Assembly: GCA_002376845.1 (NCBI GenBank)
Contig: DFOS01000024.1
Span: 246,532-310,531 of the forward strand
Source of the DNA: Bdellovibrionaceae bacterium UBA3535
GTDB lineage: Bacteria > Bdellovibrionota > Bdellovibrionia > Bdellovibrionales > UBA840
Length of the DNA stretch: 64,000 nt
Reading direction: 5' to 3'
The position numbers were made by a program, and so were the translations under genes. A model generated the notes under the pieces. The model saw nothing but the letters and a program-made list of their open reading frames with translations. It was not told the DNA's origin and did not search any database. The first letter of the stretch is position 1; every line of letters begins with the position of its first letter. Shown piece after piece: positions 30,895 to 39,713 of the stretch.

Positions 30895-31631
30895 ATCTAG
30901 AAGTAGCTTGTGTGCTGGGAGCATCAAGAGGAATCGGCCTAGCCTTTGTGAAGAAACTGGTTGAAAAGCCAGAGGTAAAGATTGTCTTTGCTATGGCTAG
31001 GACGGTGGAGCAAATAGACTATTCGCATCCCAAATTGGTAAAGATTTATTTGGATGCAGCTAATGAAGAGAGCTTTTTCCAAGCCAAGGAACAAATGCAG
31101 AAAAGTGCGGACCATATAGATCTGCTAATTAATTGCATTGGTTTTCTGCACGAAAACGAGGTTTTGCCAGAAAGAAAGATCGACGAAGTGAATACGGAAA
31201 ACTTTGTTCATAGCTTAAAGATCAATGTTTTACCTAGCATATTCATGCTAAAGGCCTTTAAGGATATGTTGCGAGAAAGCGAAGCACCAGTTATAGCTAG
31301 CCTTTCAGCAAAGGTGGGCAGTATTGGTGATAATCGAATGGGAGGATGGTATTCCTATCGAATTTCTAAAACAGCACTAAATATGGCACTTAAGACAGCA
31401 GCCATTGAGTTTCAGCGTATGAAAAGCAGCTCGCGTTTCTTTTTGCTCCATCCAGGCACTACTAAGACGAAGTTGTCGGAGCCCTTTCTAAAATTTGCTA
31501 AAAGCAAATATAAAATTCATGATCCAGAGGATACCGCTAAAAACTTGTTAAATCTAATAAATAGGAATCTCGATCAAAAAGAAGAGCCAATTTTATTTTT
31601 ATCCTGGGACGGTGAACGTCTTTCTTGGTAG
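30891..31631 (+). CDS. SDR family oxidoreductase
   Basis: GASRGIG cofactor motif and YSYRISK catalytic YxxxK. ATGA overlap with the GPx gene. Confidence 0.82.
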   Translation: MNLEVACVLGASRGIGLAFVKKLVEKPEVKIVFAMARTVEQIDYSHPKLVKIYLDAANEESFFQAKEQMQKSADHIDLLINCIGFLHENEVLPERKIDEVNTENFVHSLKINVLPSIFMLKAFKDMLRESEAPVIASLSAKVGSIGDNRMGGWYSYRISKTALNMALKTAAIEFQRMKSSSRFFLLHPGTTKTKLSEPFLKFAKSKYKIHDPEDTAKNLLNLINRNLDQKEEPILFLSWDGERLSW

Positions 31632-32407
31632 CCCAAGATAGCTCCCTCAATATCCACTTGCCTTTGCTCGCGCAATCCTTGATTGGCGATTTTCCAGGTA
31701 AGTATAGCAGCCATACTGGCATCACGGTGGTCCTTTGAAAAGCCATGAAGGGCATCTAAGTTAGCAATAGAGCTTTGTATGTCTAGTGGTAGATTTATTT
31801 TAAACTGCCGCTTGGTATTTTGTAGAAGTAGGTAAGCCAGACTTGGATAGGCCTCAATTATCCAGGGTTTACCGGCCCCCTTATAGGCTTCAAAGGGCCA
31901 AATGGAATAGGAATTATCTGACCAAGAATTTAGATCCTTCCATATTCTAAAGGTTCCAGTTTGAATATTTTTTTGTAGTGGATAAGGAGAAAAAACCGAG
32001 CCGGAATTTAACTGTTTTTCAGCTTGCCGAAATATTTCATGGGCGCCGATTTTGCTATCAAAAAATTTCTTTGCAGCATAAAAACCATAACCGTCCATGG
32101 AGCCAGCATCAGCTATCCAGTTTTTTAATCCAGTAAAATTCAATCCTGTGGAACGAGGCAAACCAAAAACACAGTCTACTGCGATCACAATGTTTTGCTC
32201 ATCCATGGAGCTGCCAATTTTTTCTAAGAATAGTTCTTGTATGGCTTCCCGGGTAAAGGCTTTTAAGTTTAGTTCTTCAGGATATAGTTGCCATTTATTG
32301 GTATAGTAAAGAATACTAGAGGGTAAGGCTTTGGGTAGGCCGTTGTTATCTACAGCTCCGCATTGATCTACTCCCAAAATGATATCGATTTGATTTGTGC
32401 TGATCAT
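31574..32407 (-). CDS. Hypothetical protein, DUF429-like (RNase H-fold) impression
   Basis: ILGVDQCG..., IIEAYPSLAY and HRDASMAAILTW resemble DUF429 conserved acidic motifs (from memory). ATGA-coupled to the Cry-DASH gene upstream. The 3' end overlaps the SDR gene by 58 bp. Confidence 0.45.
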   Translation of the reverse strand: MISTNQIDIILGVDQCGAVDNNGLPKALPSSILYYTNKWQLYPEELNLKAFTREAIQELFLEKIGSSMDEQNIVIAVDCVFGLPRSTGLNFTGLKNWIADAGSMDGYGFYAAKKFFDSKIGAHEIFRQAEKQLNSGSVFSPYPLQKNIQTGTFRIWKDLNSWSDNSYSIWPFEAYKGAGKPWIIEAYPSLAYLLLQNTKRQFKINLPLDIQSSIANLDALHGFSKDHRDASMAAILTWKIANQGLREQRQVDIEGAILGYQERRSPSQDKNKIGSSF

Positions 32408-33597
32408 GAGAGAAATTTTTTGCGATAGGCGGCATCGGGATCGTAGATTTCAGCCTGCTTCTTTGTGTTGAACTTTCTGTCTCTTGGGTCGGTGCCAACT
32501 CCCGCTAAATAAGCCCAGTTTCCCCAATTACTTTCACAATCATAGTCGATGAGGTGTTTTTGAAAAAAGTTGGCGCCCAAACGCCAATCGAGCAGCAATT
32601 CCTTGCAAAAGAAGCTGGCCACATTTTGTCGGCCACGATTGGACATCCAGCCAGTTGCCAATAGCTCTTTGATATTTGCATCAATGAAATCATCGCCACT
32701 TTTTGCCGATTGAATTTTTTCAAGTAGGCAGGAATCCTCTTTTATATTGGAAAGGTTTTTGTTTTGTATACCACCAGGTTCGAATAACTTTTCTTTATAT
32801 TTGAGAGAAAGATATTTAAAATAATCCCGCCATAAAAGTTCAAAATAAAGCCAATAAGTCGATTCATTTTTGCACACCTGCTCTTCGTAGGCTTTCAATT
32901 CTCTATATATAGTATTGGGGCTCAAGCACCCTAAAGCGAGCCAAGGGGAAAATTTGGAGGAGTCATCAAATTCCAACATACCATTGCGTGTTTCCTTGTA
33001 GTGATCTACTTTATTTGTGTCCCATAGGTAGTGTTGCAGTCTTGCTAGGCCGGCTTTTTCACCGCCTAAAAAATTTGGATTGCTCTGCTCAATCTTAGGC
33101 AAAGGAAGCGAAACAAGCCTATGCTCTGACTCTGGCGGTAGGATATCAATTTTGATGGGATCAGCAGAGAATTTATCTTGCAATTCTATTTTTCTGCGAA
33201 AAGCAGAAAAAGTATCAGGTAATTTTTGAATAGTAAAAGGCAGCTCTTTTTCTTGATATAAAGTGTTTTGGTCAAAAAACTTTATGGGTGGCTCTATGAG
33301 CTTTTCTTTTTTTAATTCCCAGGCGTTATAAGATCTACTTGCAATTACTTGCTTTGGTTTCGGGATCTTATTTAAGCTTTCTGCAATATCATGTACAAAA
33401 TAAATTTTTTGTTTCAATTTTACCAATTCATCAGATAGGTGCTGAAGACTTTGTAAGTAGAAGGCTTTTCGATAGGCCCCCATCTCCTCCTTATTGATTT
33501 CATGTAGAATAATAAGATGATCAAAATGGGTGGCTGCTTGCAAAGCGAGATTGTCGTGAATCCTCAAATCATTTCGCAGCCAATAAATGCAAATCAC
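32404..33597 (-). CDS. Cry-DASH family cryptochrome / photolyase
   Basis: IYWLRNDLRIHDN N-terminus. WMSNRGRQNVASF, DYDCESNWGNWAYLAGVGTDPRDRKFNTKKQAEIYDP C-terminal signature. Confidence 0.85.
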   Translation of the reverse strand: MICIYWLRNDLRIHDNLALQAATHFDHLIILHEINKEEMGAYRKAFYLQSLQHLSDELVKLKQKIYFVHDIAESLNKIPKPKQVIASRSYNAWELKKEKLIEPPIKFFDQNTLYQEKELPFTIQKLPDTFSAFRRKIELQDKFSADPIKIDILPPESEHRLVSLPLPKIEQSNPNFLGGEKAGLARLQHYLWDTNKVDHYKETRNGMLEFDDSSKFSPWLALGCLSPNTIYRELKAYEEQVCKNESTYWLYFELLWRDYFKYLSLKYKEKLFEPGGIQNKNLSNIKEDSCLLEKIQSAKSGDDFIDANIKELLATGWMSNRGRQNVASFFCKELLLDWRLGANFFQKHLIDYDCESNWGNWAYLAGVGTDPRDRKFNTKKQAEIYDPDAAYRKKFLS

Positions 33598-33788
33598 AGT
33601 GACCCCTGCTGGTAGGTATCAAAAACTGCTACTTGTGCCGATTCATATCGCCATAATGTATACATGTTTTTGACTTAGCATAATTGCCGTTTAAGACCAA
33701 AATTGTGGACATTTTGCCTATACAGATTTGATATGGCCCGAAGAAACGGGAATCTAGCGGAATGTTCCGGTGTCACCGGCTTTTTTAT

Positions 33789-33863
33789 TGGCTCTGGAGG
33801 AGAGATTCGAACTCCCGACCAATTGGTTAACAGCCAACTGCTCTACCACTGAGCTACTCCAGA
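33789..33863 (-). tRNA. tRNA-Asn (anticodon GUU), CCA encoded
   Basis: Hand-folded. Acceptor UCUGGAG/CUCCAGA. Anticodon loop CUGUUAA. T arm with UUCGAAU. Confidence 0.9.
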
Positions 33864-33910
33864 ACTGAGGGCTAAGCTATTCTTGGGTCTCAGGAAAGTC
33901 AAGCCAGCTC

Positions 33911-34465
33911 TTATTCACATGTAGTCTTTGGAATTTCGCGTAGATAGGCGATAAGCTTCTTCGCATCGAAGATCTTGCCACCATACATCAAGAGGCCTTT
34001 TTTGTGATTAATTCTTAGGATGATTTGGGAAGAATCCAAAAAGGAATAGGTAAGACTATCTTTAAAATCCACAAGGTCTACAGGTTTTGTTGAAATTACG
34101 TGCAAATTACAAATGCTTTTCTGGCAGGCTTGCATTTGCTCTTTACTCAAAGTCTTTTTTTCTTCTCCATAGAGAAGAAGCCAGGCATCTTGCTTTTTTA
34201 AAAGCTTCCAAGACCTTTTGCCGTTCTCTTCAAAATAACTTATGGCATACATGCCATCGCGGCAGACCTTCCATGCTTCGCTTACCTCGCTGCCTTGCTT
34301 TTGAATATTGCTCGTGGGAGCTAGGAGTTCACCAAGTGCGGTTTTTTCTAAACCGTGGGTATTTAGATAATAAATGGTGTAAATGACGGCGGCAAAAACC
34401 AATGACAAGAGCAAGCTCTTAACGGCTAAGTAAAATTCTGGGTTCTTAGGTTTTTTTGATAGCAC
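33911..34465 (-). CDS. Hypothetical membrane-anchored protein (184 aa)
   Basis: Single N-terminal TM helix (LLLSLVFAAVIYTIYYL). Lies 103 bp downstream of the giant pilin-like gene on the same strand. Confidence 0.5.
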   Translation of the reverse strand: MLSKKPKNPEFYLAVKSLLLSLVFAAVIYTIYYLNTHGLEKTALGELLAPTSNIQKQGSEVSEAWKVCRDGMYAISYFEENGKRSWKLLKKQDAWLLLYGEEKKTLSKEQMQACQKSICNLHVISTKPVDLVDFKDSLTYSFLDSSQIILRINHKKGLLMYGGKIFDAKKLIAYLREIPKTTCE

Positions 34466-34568
34466 CCGCTCAGTCTATTGAATTTGTTATTTATTTGCAA
34501 ATGACTTGGTTTAAGAAATCTTAAGTACAATTTGCTTTTTATTTTCTTTTAAAAAGAACCAAATATGT

Positions 34569-37500
34569 TTATTGGCAAGTATATTCACTACAGGCTACGC
34601 GTACACCGTCACGGTTACTCACACAATCTCCAAGGGTGTAGCCACTTGGAACTTTAGAACAAGTGTCGCCGGAGGCCCCACAACTAGCTCCATTTCGTAC
34701 ATCACTCGCACACATCGGGGCGGGGCTTCCTATATCAAACGCACCTGTTCTTACCCAGCTTAGAGTGAATTCACATCCTGTCATCAGCCAGCTTCCGCTG
34801 GATTGACATTGATAGATACCTAAGTTGGGTTCTACACAGTTTCCGCTAGGTGCTCTTGCGCTGCAACAAGCATCGGTAACAGCGCGTTGAGTTTCTCCTT
34901 CGTTTGCTTCGTATAGGCCAGCAGGAATACTTCCGCTTGGTGGGATTGCAGCACAGGTGGCTCCAAGTGGCTCACAGCGTTTAGTAGATTCGCAAGGCTC
35001 TGGACCTGTCATCAACTTGGGAGTAGTGCAGCAAGCATCATCTACCACGGAACCAGTTCCATCCCAACATACGATATCACGAGTGATGGGTCCTTGAGGC
35101 GCATCGTCCACAACTCTTTCTGTCGCAGGGTCACAGCCTGGGTCTGGTGGGTTTTTACATTGTCCCCAGCTTACTGGCGACCATGGAGGAAGGTTCCATC
35201 CGTAAGGACCGTCATTGCAGACGCCAGCATCAGGCTCACAGCACTCTCTGCCGCCAACTATGGAGCAATTGGTTTCAAATCCTGCAGTTCGCTCTTGTGT
35301 GCCCCCGGGACAGGATCTTCTTCCACAGAACTGATCGGGCTCATTTTCAAAACAACTATCAAAGCCGTCGGGACTTGCAGGATCACACGTTTCTAAAGGA
35401 TCAGGACAAGGAGGCACCGCTGGCTCACATCCACAAGAATTAGCTGCAGTGCAAGCCGCATAGGCTGCGGCATCAAGACCTGTACCGCAAGGCGAACAAG
35501 GTCCTACCACTAAACAGGCCAACTCTTTGGCACAAACGGTATTGTTGCGTAGGGTGCAATCTTCCATATAACCATCATTATTACATGCAGCCAACGCGCC
35601 AGCACCGGTACCAGGGATCGTTGTTTCACCGGCTAGACAGGCTGTACCATCGCCGCCACCGCAGATGATGGAGTTCTCTTCCGGAGTGCCGGCACAAGCA
35701 ATGACTTCCTCACAGTCGCCGTATTCGGAATTGCATTCAGCCATACTGGCAACTTCGATTTTGGTTCCTGGACATGTGGGTGTTGCTGTACATGCAGCAG
35801 GCGGTGAAGGAGGTGGTGGTACGGCATCGCCGCAACCAGGAAATGGCGGGCAAAATGGGTCCACGCCATCTCCGGCAGGGGAGGCGTCAGGTGCACTACA
35901 AGTACCATAGTCTTCTACTACAGTGGTGCCCGAGGATGATTTGTTATCATAGGTATTGGTTGTTTCCTCGGTACATGTTTCTCCGCCATACCCATCTGGA
36001 ACACAGACCTCTTCGGTTTCCGTTTTTCTACATTTTCTCTTCCTAGTGCATGGAGCACCTTCGTAGTCGCCGGGGTGATTGCTTGTATCAATAGATATAA
36101 AGTCGGCATCACAAGGTGGAGGTGTTGGAGCGACACATCGGTAGGAATCACCTATACATTCACTATCTTGCGTGTCGTTTTCACACAAATCACCTGTGGA
36201 ATCGGCATAACAATTATTAGGTCCTTTTGTCCAAACTACGCTCTCAGCCTTTTTACAAAAACCTGTTCCTGGAGCCAGGTGGTCGCAAACATAGCCGCTT
36301 GCGCATGATACCGAGCTACAAGAATTCGTGACTCCATCGTCATTTCCTCGAACTTCATATTCAGCATAGGCAGATTTTAAATAGCGGCCGCAACCATCTG
36401 CTATATGATAACAAAAGCCGCCGGCCCCGGTGGTGTTTTGGTGGCAACCACTAGGAGCTTCCCAACTTGGTGTATCGCAATTTCCTGCGCCTGAGGTAAC
36501 GTCAATTACTTCGGGATCGCCCGTGATAGTACTACCATTAAATTGTGGACAAGCCACTGCAGTAGGTAGGCGAGATCCGCTACTTGGCCCCACTTCATGG
36601 TTGCCATTTACCACACCGCTTGCAACAGAAAAGTTAATGCTGGCACCTGTGCTTGTAAGCTGTTTTACACCGCCGCCTGGGTTGGGCACATTCAGGTCAT
36701 CGGGAATATCAGCAGTCCATGTTTCTCTTGGACTTTCTGGGCCATTACCACATAGGTCACAGGATATACCAACGGCTTCATATTCACCGCTTTGACTGAC
36801 GTTTTGTAGATTCGTATTGCCGCAGGTAGCAGTTACGCCGCTGCCGCTAACACCAGAAGCCACACCCGTATCTTTTGGCGTAACTTCGATAGGTTCAGTT
36901 CCCGGGCTTGCGGTCCAAGGTGCTGTACCGCCACTACACTGAAAGGCATCTCCCAATACTCCATCAATGCCAGGGAATAAGGCGGCATTTGAGCCCAACC
37001 AGTCAGATGGGGCGGCCACTCTCAGGGCACCCGAAGTAGGTTGGTTAACCGAAGCGGGCCCTGGACGATTCAAATCCACTCCCACATCGTAAGCTCTTGA
37101 AGCACTTACACCAGAGGTAATGGTGGCATTTCTTGCAACATCAATTTCCATTACATGGAAGCGGTAAAAGCCTTCTTGGGTATTGGTCACCTCAAGGCTA
37201 AAGCCGTTTAGCATTACAGATTCGGCGGTAATTACGCCACCACCAAAATTTGCACCCAGGCCGCAAATGAACCAACCAGTGGAGGTAAAAGCGGTGGAGC
37301 CATTTTCATTTTCAGCATGGTCCATTCGGCAAAGAACTTGTGAGCCATTGCCAATGCCGCTTACGCGGTAGCGAAAACCAGGTCTAGTTCCTGGTGTTCC
37401 GCATAGATAGCGGTCCATTCGCTGATCCGCTAAAGAAAGTGGTTCCCATTCAATGGTCAAAGGATCGGGCGGATTGGGCAAACGGCCCGGCTTTACATTA

Positions 37501-38291
37501 ATGGTAGTTTCGCAAACTTTTCTTTGATCCGCGTTCAATGGTAGATAGCTAAGGCGCAAGCTCACACGGTAGGATCGATCATGTGTTGTCGGCGCATCAG
37601 GGTTATTGTTCATAATTAATGGATTAAAGCGACTTGGTGCATTGGCAGCTGCATAATCAATGGTGCCACCTGTGTCTTCCACTTCAATTTGCGCTTCCAC
37701 ACGAGGATTGTCCATCCCGCCAATGTACTGCATGGCTATTTGAGATAAAAAGTCATCGCCAGCAGCACCGTTGCCATCGGGATCTGTTGGGTTGCCATTA
37801 TTAACCAGGACAAATTCTGCACCGTTAGTATTATGATAAATGGGAGTCAGTAAAGTTGAGGCGGAGCGAACTAGCTGCCAGTTATTGGCTCTTTGTGCTG
37901 CGATACCTATATTGTTCCAGTCCCAATTGCGAAAATTATCTCCGGTGTTAGCACTAATTTGCATTTCTGCCGCTGGATAGGCAATTTCTGTTGTTTCATC
38001 GACATTCATATGCAGCATATTGTAAGTGATGGGATAATCTAGTTCAGCTGTAGGGTCCAATCTGCCAGGACCTGGAAGCCAAGAGTTGATCAGACCATTG
38101 TTATCCCGGGCTTTGATGGCACCCACCATAGACTGCAATCGAACCGAACAGGTACTAGAGGATTCTAGCTTCTTGCTGTCTTCATTGGAATTTACAATAT
38201 AACTAGATGTAACAAGGGCAACGCCGGCTACCATAGCAGCGGCCATCATTGCTTCTAAAAGGTTCATACCCTTGTTATTATTGATGAACAT
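34569..38291 (-). CDS. Giant (1240 aa) cysteine-rich protein with type IV prepilin-type N-terminus
   Basis: N-terminus MFINNNKG/MNLLEAMMAAAMVAGVAL has Gly at -1, Glu at +5 and a hydrophobic helix. I count 74 Cys, 69 of them after about residue 450. G+C is visibly higher than in neighbouring genes. Confidence 0.75.
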   Translation of the reverse strand: MFINNNKGMNLLEAMMAAAMVAGVALVTSSYIVNSNEDSKKLESSSTCSVRLQSMVGAIKARDNNGLINSWLPGPGRLDPTAELDYPITYNMLHMNVDETTEIAYPAAEMQISANTGDNFRNWDWNNIGIAAQRANNWQLVRSASTLLTPIYHNTNGAEFVLVNNGNPTDPDGNGAAGDDFLSQIAMQYIGGMDNPRVEAQIEVEDTGGTIDYAAANAPSRFNPLIMNNNPDAPTTHDRSYRVSLRLSYLPLNADQRKVCETTINVKPGRLPNPPDPLTIEWEPLSLADQRMDRYLCGTPGTRPGFRYRVSGIGNGSQVLCRMDHAENENGSTAFTSTGWFICGLGANFGGGVITAESVMLNGFSLEVTNTQEGFYRFHVMEIDVARNATITSGVSASRAYDVGVDLNRPGPASVNQPTSGALRVAAPSDWLGSNAALFPGIDGVLGDAFQCSGGTAPWTASPGTEPIEVTPKDTGVASGVSGSGVTATCGNTNLQNVSQSGEYEAVGISCDLCGNGPESPRETWTADIPDDLNVPNPGGGVKQLTSTGASINFSVASGVVNGNHEVGPSSGSRLPTAVACPQFNGSTITGDPEVIDVTSGAGNCDTPSWEAPSGCHQNTTGAGGFCYHIADGCGRYLKSAYAEYEVRGNDDGVTNSCSSVSCASGYVCDHLAPGTGFCKKAESVVWTKGPNNCYADSTGDLCENDTQDSECIGDSYRCVAPTPPPCDADFISIDTSNHPGDYEGAPCTRKRKCRKTETEEVCVPDGYGGETCTEETTNTYDNKSSSGTTVVEDYGTCSAPDASPAGDGVDPFCPPFPGCGDAVPPPPSPPAACTATPTCPGTKIEVASMAECNSEYGDCEEVIACAGTPEENSIICGGGDGTACLAGETTIPGTGAGALAACNNDGYMEDCTLRNNTVCAKELACLVVGPCSPCGTGLDAAAYAACTAANSCGCEPAVPPCPDPLETCDPASPDGFDSCFENEPDQFCGRRSCPGGTQERTAGFETNCSIVGGRECCEPDAGVCNDGPYGWNLPPWSPVSWGQCKNPPDPGCDPATERVVDDAPQGPITRDIVCWDGTGSVVDDACCTTPKLMTGPEPCESTKRCEPLGATCAAIPPSGSIPAGLYEANEGETQRAVTDACCSARAPSGNCVEPNLGIYQCQSSGSWLMTGCEFTLSWVRTGAFDIGSPAPMCASDVRNGASCGASGDTCSKVPSGYTLGDCVSNRDGVRVACSEYTCQ

Positions 38292-38438
38292 AATTCCTCT
38301 ATATATTAAGTATTATCGGGAAGTATCTGATAGAACTAAAGCCTTTTGCTAAAAAAAGGTCTAGCTTGTCTTTTTTTGATACATTCATGGTGGAAATAAA
38401 AAAAGCGCTAGTACCCAAAGGAAGTACTACCGCTTAAA

Positions 38439-38571
38439 TGGCACGCTCGGAAGGATTCGGCCAAGCGCTCGCATTCGCATCAGGCTCCTGCTCCGCCTGG
38501 CCACCCCGAAAGCCTTTCGCCGTCATCCAGACGGCTCACCCTTACGGGCGGCTTTCTCCCTTCGAATCCTT
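38439..38571 (-). other. tRNA-3'-end-linked structured element, copy at tRNA-Arg (candidate ncRNA or mini integrative-element scar)
   Basis: Starts AAGGATTCGAAGGGAG. Ends with 21 nt identical to tRNA-Arg from the T-loop to CCA. Followed by a second copy of the tRNA terminator. Homologous to 39573-39713 with compensatory changes. Confidence 0.6.
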
Positions 38572-38624
38572 AGATATTTAGAAAAAAAAAGCGCTAGTAC
38601 CAAAAGGAAGTACTACCGCTTAAA

Positions 38625-38701
38625 TGGCACGCTCGGAAGGATTCGAACCTCCGACCACTTGATTCGTAGTCAAGTACTCTATCCAGCTGAGCTACGAGCG
38701 C
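38625..38701 (-). tRNA. tRNA-Arg (anticodon ACG), CCA encoded
   Basis: Hand-folded. GCGCUCG acceptor (G1-U72). Anticodon arm CUUGA-CUACGAA-UCAAG. T arm GGAGG-UUCGAAU-CCUUC. Confidence 0.88.
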
Positions 38702-38785
38702 ACGAGGCCAAGGGATACGAAAAAAGCGTCGTAAAAGCAAGAAAAGATGAGTGATTTAGAGTATTTTCTGTAATATTATGAGCAC

Positions 38786-39373
38786 ATGGAAATAAGAGAT
38801 GTCTGGCAAAAATCCTTGCGTGAAGCCTATAATACTTTGACGCAATTTATGGAAGATTCGGAGCTCATGGCGAAATGTGAGCAGTTTTCCGAGCATTTAA
38901 TTCGTACCTATGAAAAGGGTGGCTCCCTATTTACTTGCGGCAACGGCGGCTCCCACTGCGATGCCATGCACTTTGCAGAAGAGCTTACGGGCCGGTTCTG
39001 CAAAGATCGTAGGCCTTTAGGGGCGCTTGCTCTGGGTGATCCCTCCCATACCACCTGCGTATCGAATGATTACGGTTTTGATTATATTTTTTCTCGTCAA
39101 ATCGAGGGTTTAGGTAGAAAGGGAGATATGCTTGTTGGCTTATCCACCAGTGGCAATTCGCAAAACGTAATTGAAGCTGTCAACAAAGCCAAAGAATTGG
39201 GCATTACTACGGTGGCCTTGTTAGGAAAAAGTGGCGGCAAGCTAAAAGAATTGGCAGATTTATCCATTGTCGTGCCGGCAAATGACTCAGGCAGAGTGCA
39301 GGAAATGCATATTAAGCTCATTCATACGGTAATTGAAACGGTGGAGCGCAAACTCTTTCCTGAGAATTATTAG
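38786..39373 (+). CDS. gmhA: D-sedoheptulose-7-phosphate isomerase (SIS domain)
   Basis: GNGGSHCDAMHFAEEL and STSGNS motifs; 195 aa. Confidence 0.85.
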   Translation: MEIRDVWQKSLREAYNTLTQFMEDSELMAKCEQFSEHLIRTYEKGGSLFTCGNGGSHCDAMHFAEELTGRFCKDRRPLGALALGDPSHTTCVSNDYGFDYIFSRQIEGLGRKGDMLVGLSTSGNSQNVIEAVNKAKELGITTVALLGKSGGKLKELADLSIVVPANDSGRVQEMHIKLIHTVIETVERKLFPENY

Positions 39374-39427
39374 GGACTTGTCACTCGAAATCATCTATGG
39401 CAATTTGCATTTTACATAACAGCCTGC

Positions 39428-39519
39428 GGAGAGGTGGGTGAGTGGCTGAAACCAGCGGTTTGCTAAATCGCCGTACGGGTCATACCGTACCGAGAGTTCG
39501 AATCTCTCTCTCTCCGCCA
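39428..39519 (+). tRNA. tRNA-Ser (anticodon GCU), CCA encoded
   Basis: Hand-folded. Acceptor GGAGAGG/UCUCUCC. Anticodon arm GCGGU-UUGCUAA-AUCGC. Long variable arm. T arm GAGAG-UUCGAAU-CUCUC. Confidence 0.9.
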
Positions 39520-39533
39520 TTAAAATAAAATAA

Positions 39534-39557
39534 GGTCAGCCTGGCTGGCCTTTTTTT
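39534..39557 (+). terminator. Terminator of tRNA-Ser(GCU)
   Basis: GGTCAGC/GCTGGCC stem (one G-U pair) followed by T7. Confidence 0.7.
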
Positions 39558-39572
39558 ATTTTAATAGTTGAA

Positions 39573-39713
39573 AGAGATTCGAAGGGAGAAGTCTGGCCAG
39601 CCAGTGGCTGGTGAGTGAGCGTGATGCGAACGAAAAGACTTCGGGGTGGTCAGGAGGAGCATGAGCGTGAAGCGAATGCGAGCTCTTGACCGAATCTCTC
39701 TCTCTCTCCGCCA
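39573..39713 (+). other. tRNA-3'-end-linked structured element, copy at tRNA-Ser(GCU)
   Basis: Starts AGAGATTCGAAGGGAG. Ends CGAATCTCTCTCTCTCTCCGCCA, which is the tRNA 3' end plus one extra CT. Shares blocks GATTCGAAGGGAGAA, TTCGGGGTGG and GCGAATGCGAGC with the tRNA-Arg copy. Confidence 0.6.
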
